From IMG/VR virus record IMGVR_UViG_3300038393_002936: 64,000 nucleotides of DNA; one strand, 5' to 3'. Position 1 is the first letter of the stretch; every line of letters starts with the position of its first letter. This stretch comes from a virus. The notes under the pieces are model-generated. The model was not told the origin of the DNA. It saw only the letters and a list, made by a program, of their open reading frames with translations, and ran no database searches. The position numbers were made by a program, and so were the translations under genes. Shown one piece after another: positions 9,797 to 19,454 of this stretch.

Positions 9797-10151
9797 CCCA
9801 CAACTTCCGTTTTTTTCCTGCGAGCAGGGTCGCGGTCGAGACCTCTACCAGACGTTCGAACCCGGGCCCGTCCACGCCCGCGGATTCGAGTCCCTGTGTT
9901 CCCTGCACGAGCTTGGCCACGTACCGGGCCTTGGCGGTCGCCCGGTCGCGGAGAATCCGCTTGACCGGAATCCTGCTCCCCGTCGCAAAGTCCACGCCGA
10001 GGGCTTTTGCGACGGACGCGACGTGTTCGAACCGGACCTTGGTCGGGTCGGCCAGGATGCGGTTAACGGTGGCGACCGGGACACCGCTCAGTTTCGCCAA
10101 ACAACTGATGGTCATGCCGAGCTGTCGACGTCGCTTGTTGAGAAGTTTCAT
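9786..10151 (-). CDS. HTH protein, mobile mystery protein A type (partner of Fic)
   Basis: XRE HTH (RRQLGMT...LAKLSGV), TQGLE motif, C-terminal KLWDDD; overlaps the Fic start. Confidence 0.75.
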   Translation of the reverse strand: MKLLNKRRRQLGMTISCLAKLSGVPVATVNRILADPTKVRFEHVASVAKALGVDFATGSRIPVKRILRDRATAKARYVAKLVQGTQGLESAGVDGPGFERLVEVSTATLLAGKKRKLWDDD

Positions 10152-10209
10152 CTGCGTTACTCCCCCTTGAAATATATCACTGGTGATACAAAAAATCCAG
10201 AGCCGCTCG

Positions 10210-13200
10210 TTATCGCAGCGACCCCGAATCAGACGCAAGAGGAGCCGTCGCCTCGGGCATCCGCCGGTTGAATTCGCCGCCCATCATGCTGCGAATCTGG
10301 CGGTTGATTTCTGCTTTGACCGCGTCGGATACGCCCGGCTGGGCCACCGCACCGCCAACCAGATTCACGTCGATTTGCCCGGAATACTCGATGTGGGTCG
10401 GGATTTTGTCGAGCGACGTGACAAGCTTGTCCACTGTCGACTCGAACCTGCTGAACCCGCTATTCATGGTCGTAACCGAGTTGTTAAACCCGCTCATCCC
10501 CTCGTTAAATCGGGCCGCGGATTCGCCCATTTTGGCCGCCGCATCCGACGCCCGGCTCGACCCGTCCGAGCCGCCGGGGGACCCACCACGATTCAGTGAC
10601 GCCAACCCGGACGCCCCGAGCGACTGCATGCCGGCCCGGCTGACGACACCTTCGCCTTTTTCGAGCATGGCCAGCGTGCTGTCGTAGTTCGGAGAACCGC
10701 TGGTCACCAACCCACCCGCTGCGAACCGGTGAATTGGCTCGGTCGGAGCGGACACCAAAAAGTGCCGGTCGAGCGGGGGGTTATTCTTTGGACGAGGGGC
10801 CGGGGCGATGGGCAGTTTGCCCTTGGTCGGCCGCTTGAGGGCCGCTCGCTGGGCCTTCTTCCACGCGACATCAGCCGCCCGCTGGTCGGCTCGCTCGGCC
10901 ATCCGGTGGGCGACGTCGCGGTGGACATCCCAGAACCCACGGCCGAACTTTTGCATGAATAGGGCCTGGTCTTCGGCCTCGCGGTGTTGGAGGCGGGCGA
11001 CCACCCCGCCGTACACCTCATCCTCACCGGGAAGCCCTCCGGCACCCGCGTAGGCTTGTTGCTCGAGGAGCGAACCGACCTGACGGCGGGCGTTGACCTG
11101 CGCGAGGTTCCTCGCCATGTACAGCCCCAGGTCTTCAGCTTTCAATTTGCCCTTTGCGATTAATGCCCGACCTTGTTTCTCTAGCTGGTGGTGCATCCGG
11201 TCCAGCCCGGCTTCCCCGTTCGGGTTATAGCTTGTCTCGAAGATGGCCTTTTTGTTGGACTCGGCGAATTTAGTCCGAGCGTCTTTGATGGCTTCGCGGT
11301 AGAGCCGTTCTTCGGCCGGGGTCTTCGACTTTTTTAGAGCCTCTTTATAACGGGCAATGTCGCCCTCAATTTTGTCGGCTTGTTTGTGATTCCACCCACC
11401 CAGGAAAAATGTGTCGAACGGATTGGTCGCCCCCTCCGCTGCCGCTCCCCGCTGAGCGCGTTCCATGTCACGAGCTCGAGCTTCATCCTCTTTAGTGAGC
11501 TTTCGAGCCACCCCACCGGCAGCCAAATACTGGGGCACCACCCCGCCCCGGGCGAGTCCCAACCAGTCTGCGGCCGATACCATTCCTTGGCGGATGGTTT
11601 CGTAAGTGCCCATCGCCCCACGGATGATGCGTCTCTTACGGTCGTCCCCGTCCGCCACAAATCGACTGTCGTCCAGAGGGCCACGGGCGTTGTTTATCGC
11701 ATGGAGCAAAGGCCGGTTGGCAACTGATGACTTTGCATTAATAATATATTCATTTGGACTTAACATCGCTGGAACAACATCGCTGCCCCTGGGCGACCAG
11801 TTAATAAGTCCGCCCTGGGCCCTGTGCTGGGGCTGGGCCGGCAATTGTTTGTTCAAATCACTCAACATCGTCCCGAGGGCAGCTAGCTCCTTGTTGACGT
11901 TTCGTAGGTTCTCGTCGAGTTTGTCCAGCCCCTGAATGGACTCGGATTTTTTCTCAGGGTCCAAGGCCGACATAAGCTTAGCACGGTCTTCCCGGTTGAT
12001 GCCGGCGAGTCCTTCAGGGCTGATTTTTCCGAGCCGGAGTTCGCCGGCCGCCTTGTCCATTTCGTCCCGAGCCCACCCCTTCACCGTATCAACCCGCCGG
12101 AAAACGGCCCCGTGGAGCCGCTCGGCGGCGACATCATTCATCGTGTCCTGCCGTTCTTCGGGAGTCAATGACCGGCCGAGCTCTTTGGAACGGTGGCCCA
12201 ACTTCTCGTTGATGTCCATAAACAGGGAACCATTGGCGGCCTCGTCGATGGCGTTCGATTTGTACTCCGGTAGCAGGTCCTTGCCGATTTTGCTGCTGTC
12301 CAGAATCCTGGAGAAAATCAGTCTCCGTTCTTCCCGGCTCGCGTGCAACAGGTCGGTCTCGTTGCCGCCGGCCGACCGCTGCAAATATCCCCGGGCCTTT
12401 TCGCGGTCCTCCCCCGGTGCGTTCACCTCGTCAAGCTTCTCGAAATACTTTTTCAGGTCGGGGAAATATCGTTGAGCTTCCTTTACGCTCGCATCTGTTC
12501 CTTCAATACCCACCGCTCCGAGTACCTTTCTCAGATTGACCTGCTCATTGAGCCTGTTTTTTTCGAGGGCCTGCGAACTAATCATTGACTGGGTCTGCCG
12601 CCGTTGTTCGTAAACGGACTGGGTGGCGAGTCCGGAAACGACCGTGTCCCGGGCCCCCTGGACGAACTTCTTGACCCAGTCGTTCGCCTTGACTAGGTCC
12701 GCCGCGATGCCGCCCTGGGCCCGCACGCTTACCCCAGCAACCCGAGCATTTTCGTCAGTGAGTTTCTGTCGCCCCCGCCGCATCTCGGGCGGAACAATCC
12801 CCGTGTCCTCGAGCACGAAATTCCGCAGGCTGTCCCCAGTAAACCCGTTCTTGAATTGAGAGGGTCCAATGTCGTGAGAGGCCTGTATGAACAATCGCTT
12901 GTTTTCTTCCGACATCCTCTTAAACAACTCCGGGTCTTGGGCGACCTGAGCGGCCAGCGTCTGCCCTCGCCGCATTTTTTGGCGTTCTTCTGGACTCGCC
13001 ATAATAAATTTCTCCGCGAAACTCAAACGATTATCGCGGTCACTATTAATGGTGTTGAGTCGCTCCTGAATGGCGGCCCCCCTTTTTCCCGCGTCGGCCA
13101 GATTCCGAAGGGCTTCCTGCAAATTCTGGGTCCGCTGGACGGTTGCCTCGAACTCTCTCGACAACTGCGCAAAGCGTTCGGGATTACCTTCGGCCTTATC

Positions 13201-16200
13201 CTTGTTAGTTTTTATCGAGTCGAGACTTTGCCGTTCTTTCTCCAGCAAACTCGAAATACCGCTGACGTCCTCGTTACGGAGCCCAGTCCCCGCCAACAAC
13301 CGGGACTGTCGAGCTTCGTGCGGTGCGGTCAGGTCTTCGAGCGATAAAAACCGACTCGCGTCACCACCCCCCAGGCGTTCCGACCGGCTCACCGCCAGGG
13401 CCCGCGTGAGCCCCAGACGAGCTTCGGCAAGTCGGTCCTGTTCGGAGCCGACCGTGCTCGCGTTCTGCCGCACGGTGGATAGGCCGGTCGCATAGGCCAG
13501 GTTCGCCTCCTGGATGCGGCGGGCAATCTCCTGGCTGTAAGCCGCAGCCTTGGCGTTATCGACGTTCAGGTTTTTGGCCGCCCCCTGCGTATCGTGCCCG
13601 ATGTAGGGCAGGGCGTTCCCGCCGTGTTGCTGGTCCAGTTTCCGGACCTGAGAACTGACGTTCGCGATTGCCAGCCGCAGTTCCGGGTTCTCCTTCAGGG
13701 CCTTCTCCCGAGCCTCGTCCGACATTTCCGGCAGGAGAGATTCCCGCAGGCCCTTCTCGACCCGCGTGTGCGTCGTGTGCTCGGTCGAATTCCCTTCCCG
13801 GACGAGCTGGTCCAGAACGCTGGGCAGAATTCGGGCGATGTCGTCGGCGGCCTGACTGCTCCTGACCAGTCCCTTCCCTGCCGGACCGAGCATTCCCCCG
13901 ACCACGCCGAGGGCCTCGCGGAAGCCGCCCGGGTTGGGGGCCCCGAGAATACCCAGGTTGTTCGCGTAGTTCGGGGCACCCACGGGCGTGTGCCCGCCAA
14001 ACGCGAGCATTGGTAAATCTAGTTTGGTCTTAAAATCATTCAATGATGCAGAAACGGCATCGAACGCCACGACCAGCCGACCCGCCGAGTGCGCCTGCCG
14101 CTCGCTCACCACCCGGGCGTCCTCTACGGCCTTCTGGCCGGCGAAGTTTCGCTGGGCCTCACGCACGTCCTGTGCCATTTCGTTTAGGATTTTTGCCAGC
14201 GGCACATTGCGGATGTCGGCAACCACTCTCAGCAGTTCACCCCGGACGCCCTTATTGAGTTCGTCCACCAACTCCTCGGGCCTCGCCTCCGGCCGGGCCT
14301 TGGCCAGTCCGGTCGCTTCGGACGACAAAATACTGGCGAACCCACCCGCTTGGTTCGCGAGGGCTTTGCGGAGTTCGAGAGTCTGCGCCTTGGCCAACAC
14401 GTCCGAGTCCGGCGTTTTCCGCCAGAAACTGCTCGAATTTTCGAACGCCCGCGTGGTCGCGGCTGCTCGGACCTCCCGAATATCGCTGATGATGCCGTAC
14501 CGGTTGGCGCTCATCAGGCCTTCCTTGCCCTCGACCACCCGCCGCAAATTCTCGTTGAGGTGTTCGGTGGCGTTCGCCGCCTTGGCCTCGGCCAGGTTCT
14601 TCGAGGCGTCCTTTAGAGAGGTCGTAAACCCGTAAACCGCCCCGATGGCTCCGCCGATAGCCGCCCCCCACGGGCCGAACACCATCCCCACGCCGGCTCC
14701 CATCGCGCCGTACTGGAGGGTCCCACCCGTCACCGTTTGGTTCGTAAAAGAGGATTCGGCACCACTGTTGCCGACCGCCCTCGCCGCCGCTCCGTCTTCC
14801 GGGCTGAACGCCTGACCGATGAGCGGAGCGGCCATCATACCGGCGTAAGCCGCCCCCGCCCCGCCACTTCCCCGGATGCGACCCAGGGCACCCGACCCGA
14901 CGGACACGACTCCGGCCGCCTGTCGACTCAGCCAGCCCCCTTGTCCCAGTCGGTCGGCCAGCCGCCCGAACCGCCCCCGGCCACTTTCATCAATCGTGCC
15001 GCTGAACCAGCTCCGCCGGGTCGTTTCCGTAATCTGTTGACCCAGGTCGGCGAGCCCGACAACTTTCCCGTTCCTGTTTCGAATCACCTGGGCGTTCGTC
15101 CGGTACGCCTCTGCCGCCATTTCCTCGGCGATGGCCAGTCGTTCTTGGGCCTTGAGGGCGGGGGCCAGTGTCTGAAGCTGTCGACGAATCCCCGCGGCTA
15201 ACTCATTCTGGGCCTTTGAGACCTCTCGACCGGCTAGGTTGGCGGTCGCAGCGGGGGCCAGGCCGCCCAACCGGTGCATCTGGGCCGCATCCAGGGACGT
15301 AGCCCCGCGGGCATTGGCGATATCGGCGAATCCGAGTCCGGTCGGACTGAGCGGCCGGTCCCGGAACCGTTCCCCGGCCAGGAGGTCGTTCAGGCGGAGA
15401 CGGGCCCTGAAGGTATTGACGGCACCGTCACCGGGACCGTTCGGCGGGGCCACCGCCGGCAGACGCCCGGCCAAGAAATCGCGGACCGTCAGCGGGTTAT
15501 AGGCCACCGACCCGCCCGGCCGGTACTGAGTTTCACGGTGTCGGTACGGGGACGGTTCCCCCTCGACACTCAGGAGGGACGCAGCCGCGTTCGGCGTGAT
15601 GGGGCGGCCGGGAGCATTTCCGAAACCGTACGTGGGTCCGACCGGACCGGGTTCGCCCGGCCGGTATCCGGGGCGGTTCGTCGGGGACTGGCCGCGTCCG
15701 ATGGCCGGCATGAGGCCGTACGGGGCCGGGAACAAACCCGTTTTGGGAGAGGACGGGGATTCGACCCACGGGTCCGTCCGGAAGCCGATAGGGGACCCGG
15801 CGACCGGGTCCCGCAAATTTCTCATTTCCTGCCGGAATCGCCGTTCCACTTCCTTTTCGGCGTACCCCGGGATGACGGCCCCCCGGCCCCCGCTCAGGTG
15901 GACGTAGCCGGGCGGCAAAGACGGGACGTGAACGAGCGGGTACGACGGCCTGTCATTATTTGACGGAGCCGGACTTCCGGCAGGAGAGGGAGGGGCCGGC
16001 GGTGGGGGCGGAGGTAACGGCGGCTGGCTCCCCGAAGTGGCTGGACCAGTTCCGCCGGCCTTTCTCGCCTTCAGCCACGCCGTGAGGGAGGCCGGGTTGC
16101 CCAACTGGACGCCCGCCGTGTCCCCGGTCGTATACGCGGCAGTTCCCTTGAGGGCCGCCTGGCGAATTTCATTGGCCTTCGCCTTGCGACGGGCCACTTC

Positions 16201-19200
16201 CTCCTCGGTCCTGCGGACCTCGTCGGCACTCAGTCGCTGGAGGGCTTCCTCCGCGGCGGCCGGGGCATGCCGCTTGTGCGAATCGGGGTTGTTCTCGGCA
16301 CTGGTCAGGCTGACGCGACTGAGGTTTTTGCCGCCGAGCCGCCCGGCACCGTAGTGCTTGTTGAGTTCGTCCTTGACCTTTCGCTGGGCGGCCCGGAATA
16401 TCAAGGCATTAATATTGCCCTTCGAGGGGTCGTACCCGACCATCACGGTGCGGGCCGCGTCGTGGACGGCCCCCAGGGCGTCTTCCCGGCCGAACGTGGG
16501 GTGATTGCGGCTGAGGTTGGCCGCGAACCGCTCCAATAACCCAGGGTTCTTCTCCAGGTACTGGGTGAAAACGTCCCGCTGATTGTTAGTGAGGGCGGTC
16601 CGGGTTTTCGGCCGAGCCCGGCTCGCGAGTCGGCCCAGAACCGCCTGAATCTGGTTATCGCCCTTCCCGGTCAGGAAGTCCGCATGGGCTCGGGCGAATC
16701 CCTCCTTGTCCGAGTACAGGTACTGGGATTCTTTTTCGCTCAGGATGCGGCCCGCCTTCAGCATCTTTTCGCGGGTCGCCACCACGTTAGCCTGGGCCAC
16801 CTGCCTGGCACTGTCGTCACTGAGCGAGGCCGCCTTGCCGCCGCCCACCTTATAGTCGACCGCGTGCCCCAGCTCGTGGGCGAGCACCTCACGAAGTTCG
16901 TCGGCCGTCTTGATGCGGTCCTGGTTCAAGAACAGGTTCCCGCTCTTGTTGGCGTACCCGCCTCGGGCCACCTTCCCGGGCTGGACCGCCAGCGAGCGAT
17001 TGAAGAGAGCCAGGGTCTCTTGGTCCAACCCTCGGTGGTTAACAATAAGACGCTTGAACAGACTCTTATAGTCAATGCCGGTCTTTGTTTGAAACTCTTG
17101 GAGGATGCTGTTGATATTGGCTTCGGAGACGACCCCACTCGCCCCGGCACTAATCAAACCACCGTCGGCGAACCGGGGAAGTCGGCCCGTCCGGTTCATG
17201 TAGCGGACGCGGTTAATGCCTAGTCCTTGGACTGCGTTGCGGTTCAGTACGAACTCGCCGTCCTGCGCAAGAATTTCGACACTATCAACGCCCCGAGTTC
17301 CGCCCCGTACCTGCCCGCCGCCCGCGAACTTCCGCTGTGGTTTTAGGCCGAGTGGAGAACCTTGCACGACGGCGACTTGACTGCGTTCGGTCTGGCGCCG
17401 CTGGACGTATTCCAGTAGGTCGTCCTGGCCCACGCCCGTGGCGAGCGAGAGAGAAGACACGAGCTCGGCGACCCGCTCTCGTTTGCCGAGCGTCCGCCCC
17501 ACTTTGCGGCCGACCGCAGCCACACCGCGACCGACGAACCCGCCGAAAGCGTACCGCGGGAATCGACCCGTGCGGTTCAGTTCCTCGACCCGCCCCCGCC
17601 CCAGTCGGTCCACCGCGGCCTTCCGCAGCACATACTCGCCCTCCTGGGCCATGATGGGGACACTGTCGACGCCGGGGGTGCCGCCGTGGACCGGGCCGCC
17701 GGCCGCGAAGCGGCGGGTCGGAGCCCGCGACGACCCGTACAGTTCGGGGGTCAGCACACCCGTCGCAAACCGCCCGGCCCCGCCCATCAGCCGTCCGATA
17801 CCCAGGGCCGCGACTACCGGCAGGAGAGGGCCCAGGGCCTTGACGAGTTCCGAGGCCGCTGTGGCCGCCGTGGTGAGCCCGTCAGAAAAAGCCTTAAAAC
17901 CTTTTGACTGAATTAAATCATTAGCTAATTGCTGATAAGTTTCTTTTACCTTAGTTAATTTTGCGATAAAAGAATCTTGCCGAATTGCGGCGGCCGTCTC
18001 TATCGACGCCGCCCCCAGCCTGGCAACATTAAGTGCTTTTTGCGATTCCCCGAACTGCTGGATTAACGGCAGGACGCGAGACACTTGCCGGATGCCGCCC
18101 AGGTCTTCCACTATCTGGGCGTACCGGAAATCGGTGCTCCGGAGTTTACTGAGTCCTTCCGAAAGTCGCTGCACGGCTCGGAACTGGCCCACGAACTGGT
18201 CGGTCAAATCTTCCTGGCCGAGGGCGCGGGCTTCTTCCTTAGTATAACGAAGGTTAATTCCTAATTGTTTTAGATTCTCTATAGTATCAGAGCGTTGCAC
18301 ATAGGTGAATATGCTCCGGAGCCCGGTCGCGATTTGGTCGGCCGATTCCCGCGTGGTCGCTCTGACGCTTGTAAAAAGTGCCAACAGCTCGTTTAGTTGC
18401 CCTCCGGCCGTGGCAAACGCACCGCCGCTTTTTTGCACGGCAGTGATTAAATCCTGGCTCTCGACAGCGAAGGTCGCGGCGACCGCATTTACCGAGCCCA
18501 GTTGGTCTTTCAGCTTTTCGGTGTCCTTGCCGAACTGCTGAAAAATCGCAATCATCCCCTCCGTGGTTTTGCGGGCGTCCGCGAAGGACGGACTGGACAA
18601 GGCGAGGGCCAGTGTCTCAATAGCCTGAGCACTCTGTCGAGCATTAAGACCAGCTTGTACGAAACTCTCCGCCCCGGCCGCCAAATCGCGACTGGCCACG
18701 CCGTATGTGGTCGCCAGTCGGCCAATCTCGGCCCGCAGGCGAGACACGCCCCTCTGCCCATCGTCAGACACTTGCAATAGCTTATTCATTGCAAGGTCAA
18801 ATGAGATTGCTTCCTTTCCGACCGCTTTGAGGGCATTAACAGCCGCGAACATCCCACTGGTCGCCACGCTGAAGGCCACGAACCTGCGGCCCGCAAGGGA
18901 GACCTGTCGGCCGAAATTTGTCACCGAGTCAGAGGCCTCGGCGTAGGCCGCGGACGCCCGGCGGGCCGCTCCGGCAGAGGTGGTCAGGCTCGCGACAGAC
19001 GCCTGGGCCAGGGGGTTCACCCGGGCGTAGGCGGTCGCCATCTGGCTGATTCGACTGGTTGTCGATGCCGCTTCTCCACCAAGGCCTCGCATGGCCGCCC
19101 GCAAAGCATTCATGTTTTGGGCGAGCGCGGCAATTTCACTTTTGGCTCGGGGCGAAATTTCCAGGTCGATTTTTCCCGACAAGCCGCTAATTGCCCCTTG

Positions 19201-19272
19201 AATTTGCGAGCGAATGACAGAAGTCGCGCCGCGGGCGAGATTTAAGTTAATCTGGGAGTTAATCAAAAACAC
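10210..19272 (-). CDS. Tape measure protein, 3020 aa, multidomain
   Basis: TP901-type core (ESQDLITAVQKSGGAF...TRESADQIATGLRSI), Ala/Gly-rich helices, TM-like segments, repeated [FY]AxGG...DSV.AML..GE[YF]V modules; lies downstream of tail tube and chaperones. Confidence 0.9.
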   Translation of the reverse strand: MFLINSQINLNLARGATSVIRSQIQGAISGLSGKIDLEISPRAKSEIAALAQNMNALRAAMRGLGGEAASTTSRISQMATAYARVNPLAQASVASLTTSAGAARRASAAYAEASDSVTNFGRQVSLAGRRFVAFSVATSGMFAAVNALKAVGKEAISFDLAMNKLLQVSDDGQRGVSRLRAEIGRLATTYGVASRDLAAGAESFVQAGLNARQSAQAIETLALALSSPSFADARKTTEGMIAIFQQFGKDTEKLKDQLGSVNAVAATFAVESQDLITAVQKSGGAFATAGGQLNELLALFTSVRATTRESADQIATGLRSIFTYVQRSDTIENLKQLGINLRYTKEEARALGQEDLTDQFVGQFRAVQRLSEGLSKLRSTDFRYAQIVEDLGGIRQVSRVLPLIQQFGESQKALNVARLGAASIETAAAIRQDSFIAKLTKVKETYQQLANDLIQSKGFKAFSDGLTTAATAASELVKALGPLLPVVAALGIGRLMGGAGRFATGVLTPELYGSSRAPTRRFAAGGPVHGGTPGVDSVPIMAQEGEYVLRKAAVDRLGRGRVEELNRTGRFPRYAFGGFVGRGVAAVGRKVGRTLGKRERVAELVSSLSLATGVGQDDLLEYVQRRQTERSQVAVVQGSPLGLKPQRKFAGGGQVRGGTRGVDSVEILAQDGEFVLNRNAVQGLGINRVRYMNRTGRLPRFADGGLISAGASGVVSEANINSILQEFQTKTGIDYKSLFKRLIVNHRGLDQETLALFNRSLAVQPGKVARGGYANKSGNLFLNQDRIKTADELREVLAHELGHAVDYKVGGGKAASLSDDSARQVAQANVVATREKMLKAGRILSEKESQYLYSDKEGFARAHADFLTGKGDNQIQAVLGRLASRARPKTRTALTNNQRDVFTQYLEKNPGLLERFAANLSRNHPTFGREDALGAVHDAARTVMVGYDPSKGNINALIFRAAQRKVKDELNKHYGAGRLGGKNLSRVSLTSAENNPDSHKRHAPAAAEEALQRLSADEVRRTEEEVARRKAKANEIRQAALKGTAAYTTGDTAGVQLGNPASLTAWLKARKAGGTGPATSGSQPPLPPPPPPAPPSPAGSPAPSNNDRPSYPLVHVPSLPPGYVHLSGGRGAVIPGYAEKEVERRFRQEMRNLRDPVAGSPIGFRTDPWVESPSSPKTGLFPAPYGLMPAIGRGQSPTNRPGYRPGEPGPVGPTYGFGNAPGRPITPNAAASLLSVEGEPSPYRHRETQYRPGGSVAYNPLTVRDFLAGRLPAVAPPNGPGDGAVNTFRARLRLNDLLAGERFRDRPLSPTGLGFADIANARGATSLDAAQMHRLGGLAPAATANLAGREVSKAQNELAAGIRRQLQTLAPALKAQERLAIAEEMAAEAYRTNAQVIRNRNGKVVGLADLGQQITETTRRSWFSGTIDESGRGRFGRLADRLGQGGWLSRQAAGVVSVGSGALGRIRGSGGAGAAYAGMMAAPLIGQAFSPEDGAAARAVGNSGAESSFTNQTVTGGTLQYGAMGAGVGMVFGPWGAAIGGAIGAVYGFTTSLKDASKNLAEAKAANATEHLNENLRRVVEGKEGLMSANRYGIISDIREVRAAATTRAFENSSSFWRKTPDSDVLAKAQTLELRKALANQAGGFASILSSEATGLAKARPEARPEELVDELNKGVRGELLRVVADIRNVPLAKILNEMAQDVREAQRNFAGQKAVEDARVVSERQAHSAGRLVVAFDAVSASLNDFKTKLDLPMLAFGGHTPVGAPNYANNLGILGAPNPGGFREALGVVGGMLGPAGKGLVRSSQAADDIARILPSVLDQLVREGNSTEHTTHTRVEKGLRESLLPEMSDEAREKALKENPELRLAIANVSSQVRKLDQQHGGNALPYIGHDTQGAAKNLNVDNAKAAAYSQEIARRIQEANLAYATGLSTVRQNASTVGSEQDRLAEARLGLTRALAVSRSERLGGGDASRFLSLEDLTAPHEARQSRLLAGTGLRNEDVSGISSLLEKERQSLDSIKTNKDKAEGNPERFAQLSREFEATVQRTQNLQEALRNLADAGKRGAAIQERLNTINSDRDNRLSFAEKFIMASPEERQKMRRGQTLAAQVAQDPELFKRMSEENKRLFIQASHDIGPSQFKNGFTGDSLRNFVLEDTGIVPPEMRRGRQKLTDENARVAGVSVRAQGGIAADLVKANDWVKKFVQGARDTVVSGLATQSVYEQRRQTQSMISSQALEKNRLNEQVNLRKVLGAVGIEGTDASVKEAQRYFPDLKKYFEKLDEVNAPGEDREKARGYLQRSAGGNETDLLHASREERRLIFSRILDSSKIGKDLLPEYKSNAIDEAANGSLFMDINEKLGHRSKELGRSLTPEERQDTMNDVAAERLHGAVFRRVDTVKGWARDEMDKAAGELRLGKISPEGLAGINREDRAKLMSALDPEKKSESIQGLDKLDENLRNVNKELAALGTMLSDLNKQLPAQPQHRAQGGLINWSPRGSDVVPAMLSPNEYIINAKSSVANRPLLHAINNARGPLDDSRFVADGDDRKRRIIRGAMGTYETIRQGMVSAADWLGLARGGVVPQYLAAGGVARKLTKEDEARARDMERAQRGAAAEGATNPFDTFFLGGWNHKQADKIEGDIARYKEALKKSKTPAEERLYREAIKDARTKFAESNKKAIFETSYNPNGEAGLDRMHHQLEKQGRALIAKGKLKAEDLGLYMARNLAQVNARRQVGSLLEQQAYAGAGGLPGEDEVYGGVVARLQHREAEDQALFMQKFGRGFWDVHRDVAHRMAERADQRAADVAWKKAQRAALKRPTKGKLPIAPAPRPKNNPPLDRHFLVSAPTEPIHRFAAGGLVTSGSPNYDSTLAMLEKGEGVVSRAGMQSLGASGLASLNRGGSPGGSDGSSRASDAAAKMGESAARFNEGMSGFNNSVTTMNSGFSRFESTVDKLVTSLDKIPTHIEYSGQIDVNLVGGAVAQPGVSDAVKAEINRQIRSMMGGEFNRRMPEATAPLASDSGSLR

Positions 19273-19390
19273 GTCTTATTATCCAAATTTTTCGCGAGTC
19301 TCCTTCTGGTTAATACACCGCCCGATTCCGCGAGATTTGTTACCGTGCGGCGTGAGCCAACCTGTCTTTTTAAGTTCGGCAAAAACAAGA

Positions 19391-19418
19391 TTGACCTAGC
19401 TGTTTTTTACGCTAAAAT
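19391..19418 (+). promoter_or_regulatory. Sigma70-like promoter of the HNH gene
   Basis: TTGACC-N16-TAAAAT, followed by a GGAGG ribosome-binding site before the ATG at 19455. Confidence 0.55.
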
Positions 19419-19454
19419 ATAATCCAGAGGCAATCCATCGGAGGTTTTTATGAC

